A stretch of 17,010 bases of DNA. Source: Promethearchaeota archaeon. GTDB taxonomy: Archaea > Asgardarchaeota > Lokiarchaeia > Sigyniarchaeales > SOKP01. The notes below the pieces were generated by a model. That model was not told the DNA's origin, ran no database searches, and saw only the letters and a program-made list of their open reading frames with translations. Of this stretch, positions 16,611 through 17,010 are shown piece after piece. A program made the position numbers and the translations under genes. The DNA is taken from NCBI GenBank assembly GCA_030599585.1, contig JAUVNS010000034.1, forward strand, positions 1 to 17,010. The letters are read 5' to 3'. Numbering within the stretch: the stretch's first letter is position 1; every line of letters begins with the position of its first letter.

Positions 16611-16949
16611 TTAATATTTAATTCCTAGTGTATCTAAAATATCTTCATTATTCATATTAATTCGCGCAACAAAGGCTCTAATTTCAGCTAGGAGCTTAAA
16701 AACTTCCATATTCCTGATTTTATAATGTTTAATTGTTTTTTTGTTTAATACAATTCTATCAAAAATAATGAGGTTCTTATTAGTTAAAACCTTTAAATGT
16801 TGAGATATTGTGGATTGGGATTTTTTCAGAGCTGATTGAATTTCAGAAGAGGTCTTCTTCCCATGATACAACAAATCTAATATCTCTAATCGAGTTTGAT
16901 CGGCTAGTACCTTCAAAAACTCGGTGATATCTTTTTTAGGTTCACTCAT
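16611..16949 (-). CDS. ArsR/SmtB-family winged-helix transcriptional regulator
   Basis: LKVLADQTRLEILDLL...SQSTISQHLKVL ArsR signature; stop is 2 nt before the GTPase ATG. Confidence 0.92.
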   Translation of the reverse strand: MSEPKKDITEFLKVLADQTRLEILDLLYHGKKTSSEIQSALKKSQSTISQHLKVLTNKNLIIFDRIVLNKKTIKHYKIRNMEVFKLLAEIRAFVARINMNNEDILDTLGIKY

Positions 16950-17010
16950 AAATTCTATTTAGTTGTATTTTAGAATTATTGGTGTTAATCGCATTTAAAC
17001 GTATTTTTAA

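Noticed and set aside
8089-16621. Short antisense ORFs within the kinases, cysE, cysK and the GTPase
   Set aside because: Shadow ORFs with S/I/F/L-rich antisense composition.
1-17010. tRNA, rRNA, CRISPR array or mobile element
   Set aside because: No GC-rich structured RNA, regularly spaced repeats, transposase or integrase was seen.

Overview
AT-rich archaeal-type DNA, most consistent with an Asgard archaeon (Lokiarchaeia/Promethearchaeota). This is inferred from gene content: a methanogen-type Hdr/Mvh cluster, a Rag/Arf-like small GTPase and multi-PAS kinases. The window has three blocks. (1) 1-6952, minus strand: hdrC-hdrB-hdrA-mvhD-polyferredoxin-mvhG, followed by a second hdrC paralog that runs off the window edge and is missing from the ORF track. 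MvhG is unusually long, with a duplicated Fe-S module, and there is no mvhA in the cluster. (2) 7215-12475: a small hypothetical ORF, a soluble multi-PAS histidine kinase and a divergent cysE-cysK pair. CysE has an N-terminal CxxC-x15-CxxC extension and an E. coli-like C-terminal docking tail. (3) 12483-16949, minus strand: a tight four-gene run of ArsR regulator, Rag/Arf-like GTPase, MASE3-PAS histidine kinase and response regulator. The regulator's output domain looks like a longin/uDENN fold with an Arg where FLCN/SMCR8/NPRL2 carry their GAP arginine finger. Block 3 is the best candidate for an undescribed system: a two-component phosphorelay feeding a eukaryote-style longin-GTPase switch. 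All family calls come from motif recognition by eye; no database search was run.
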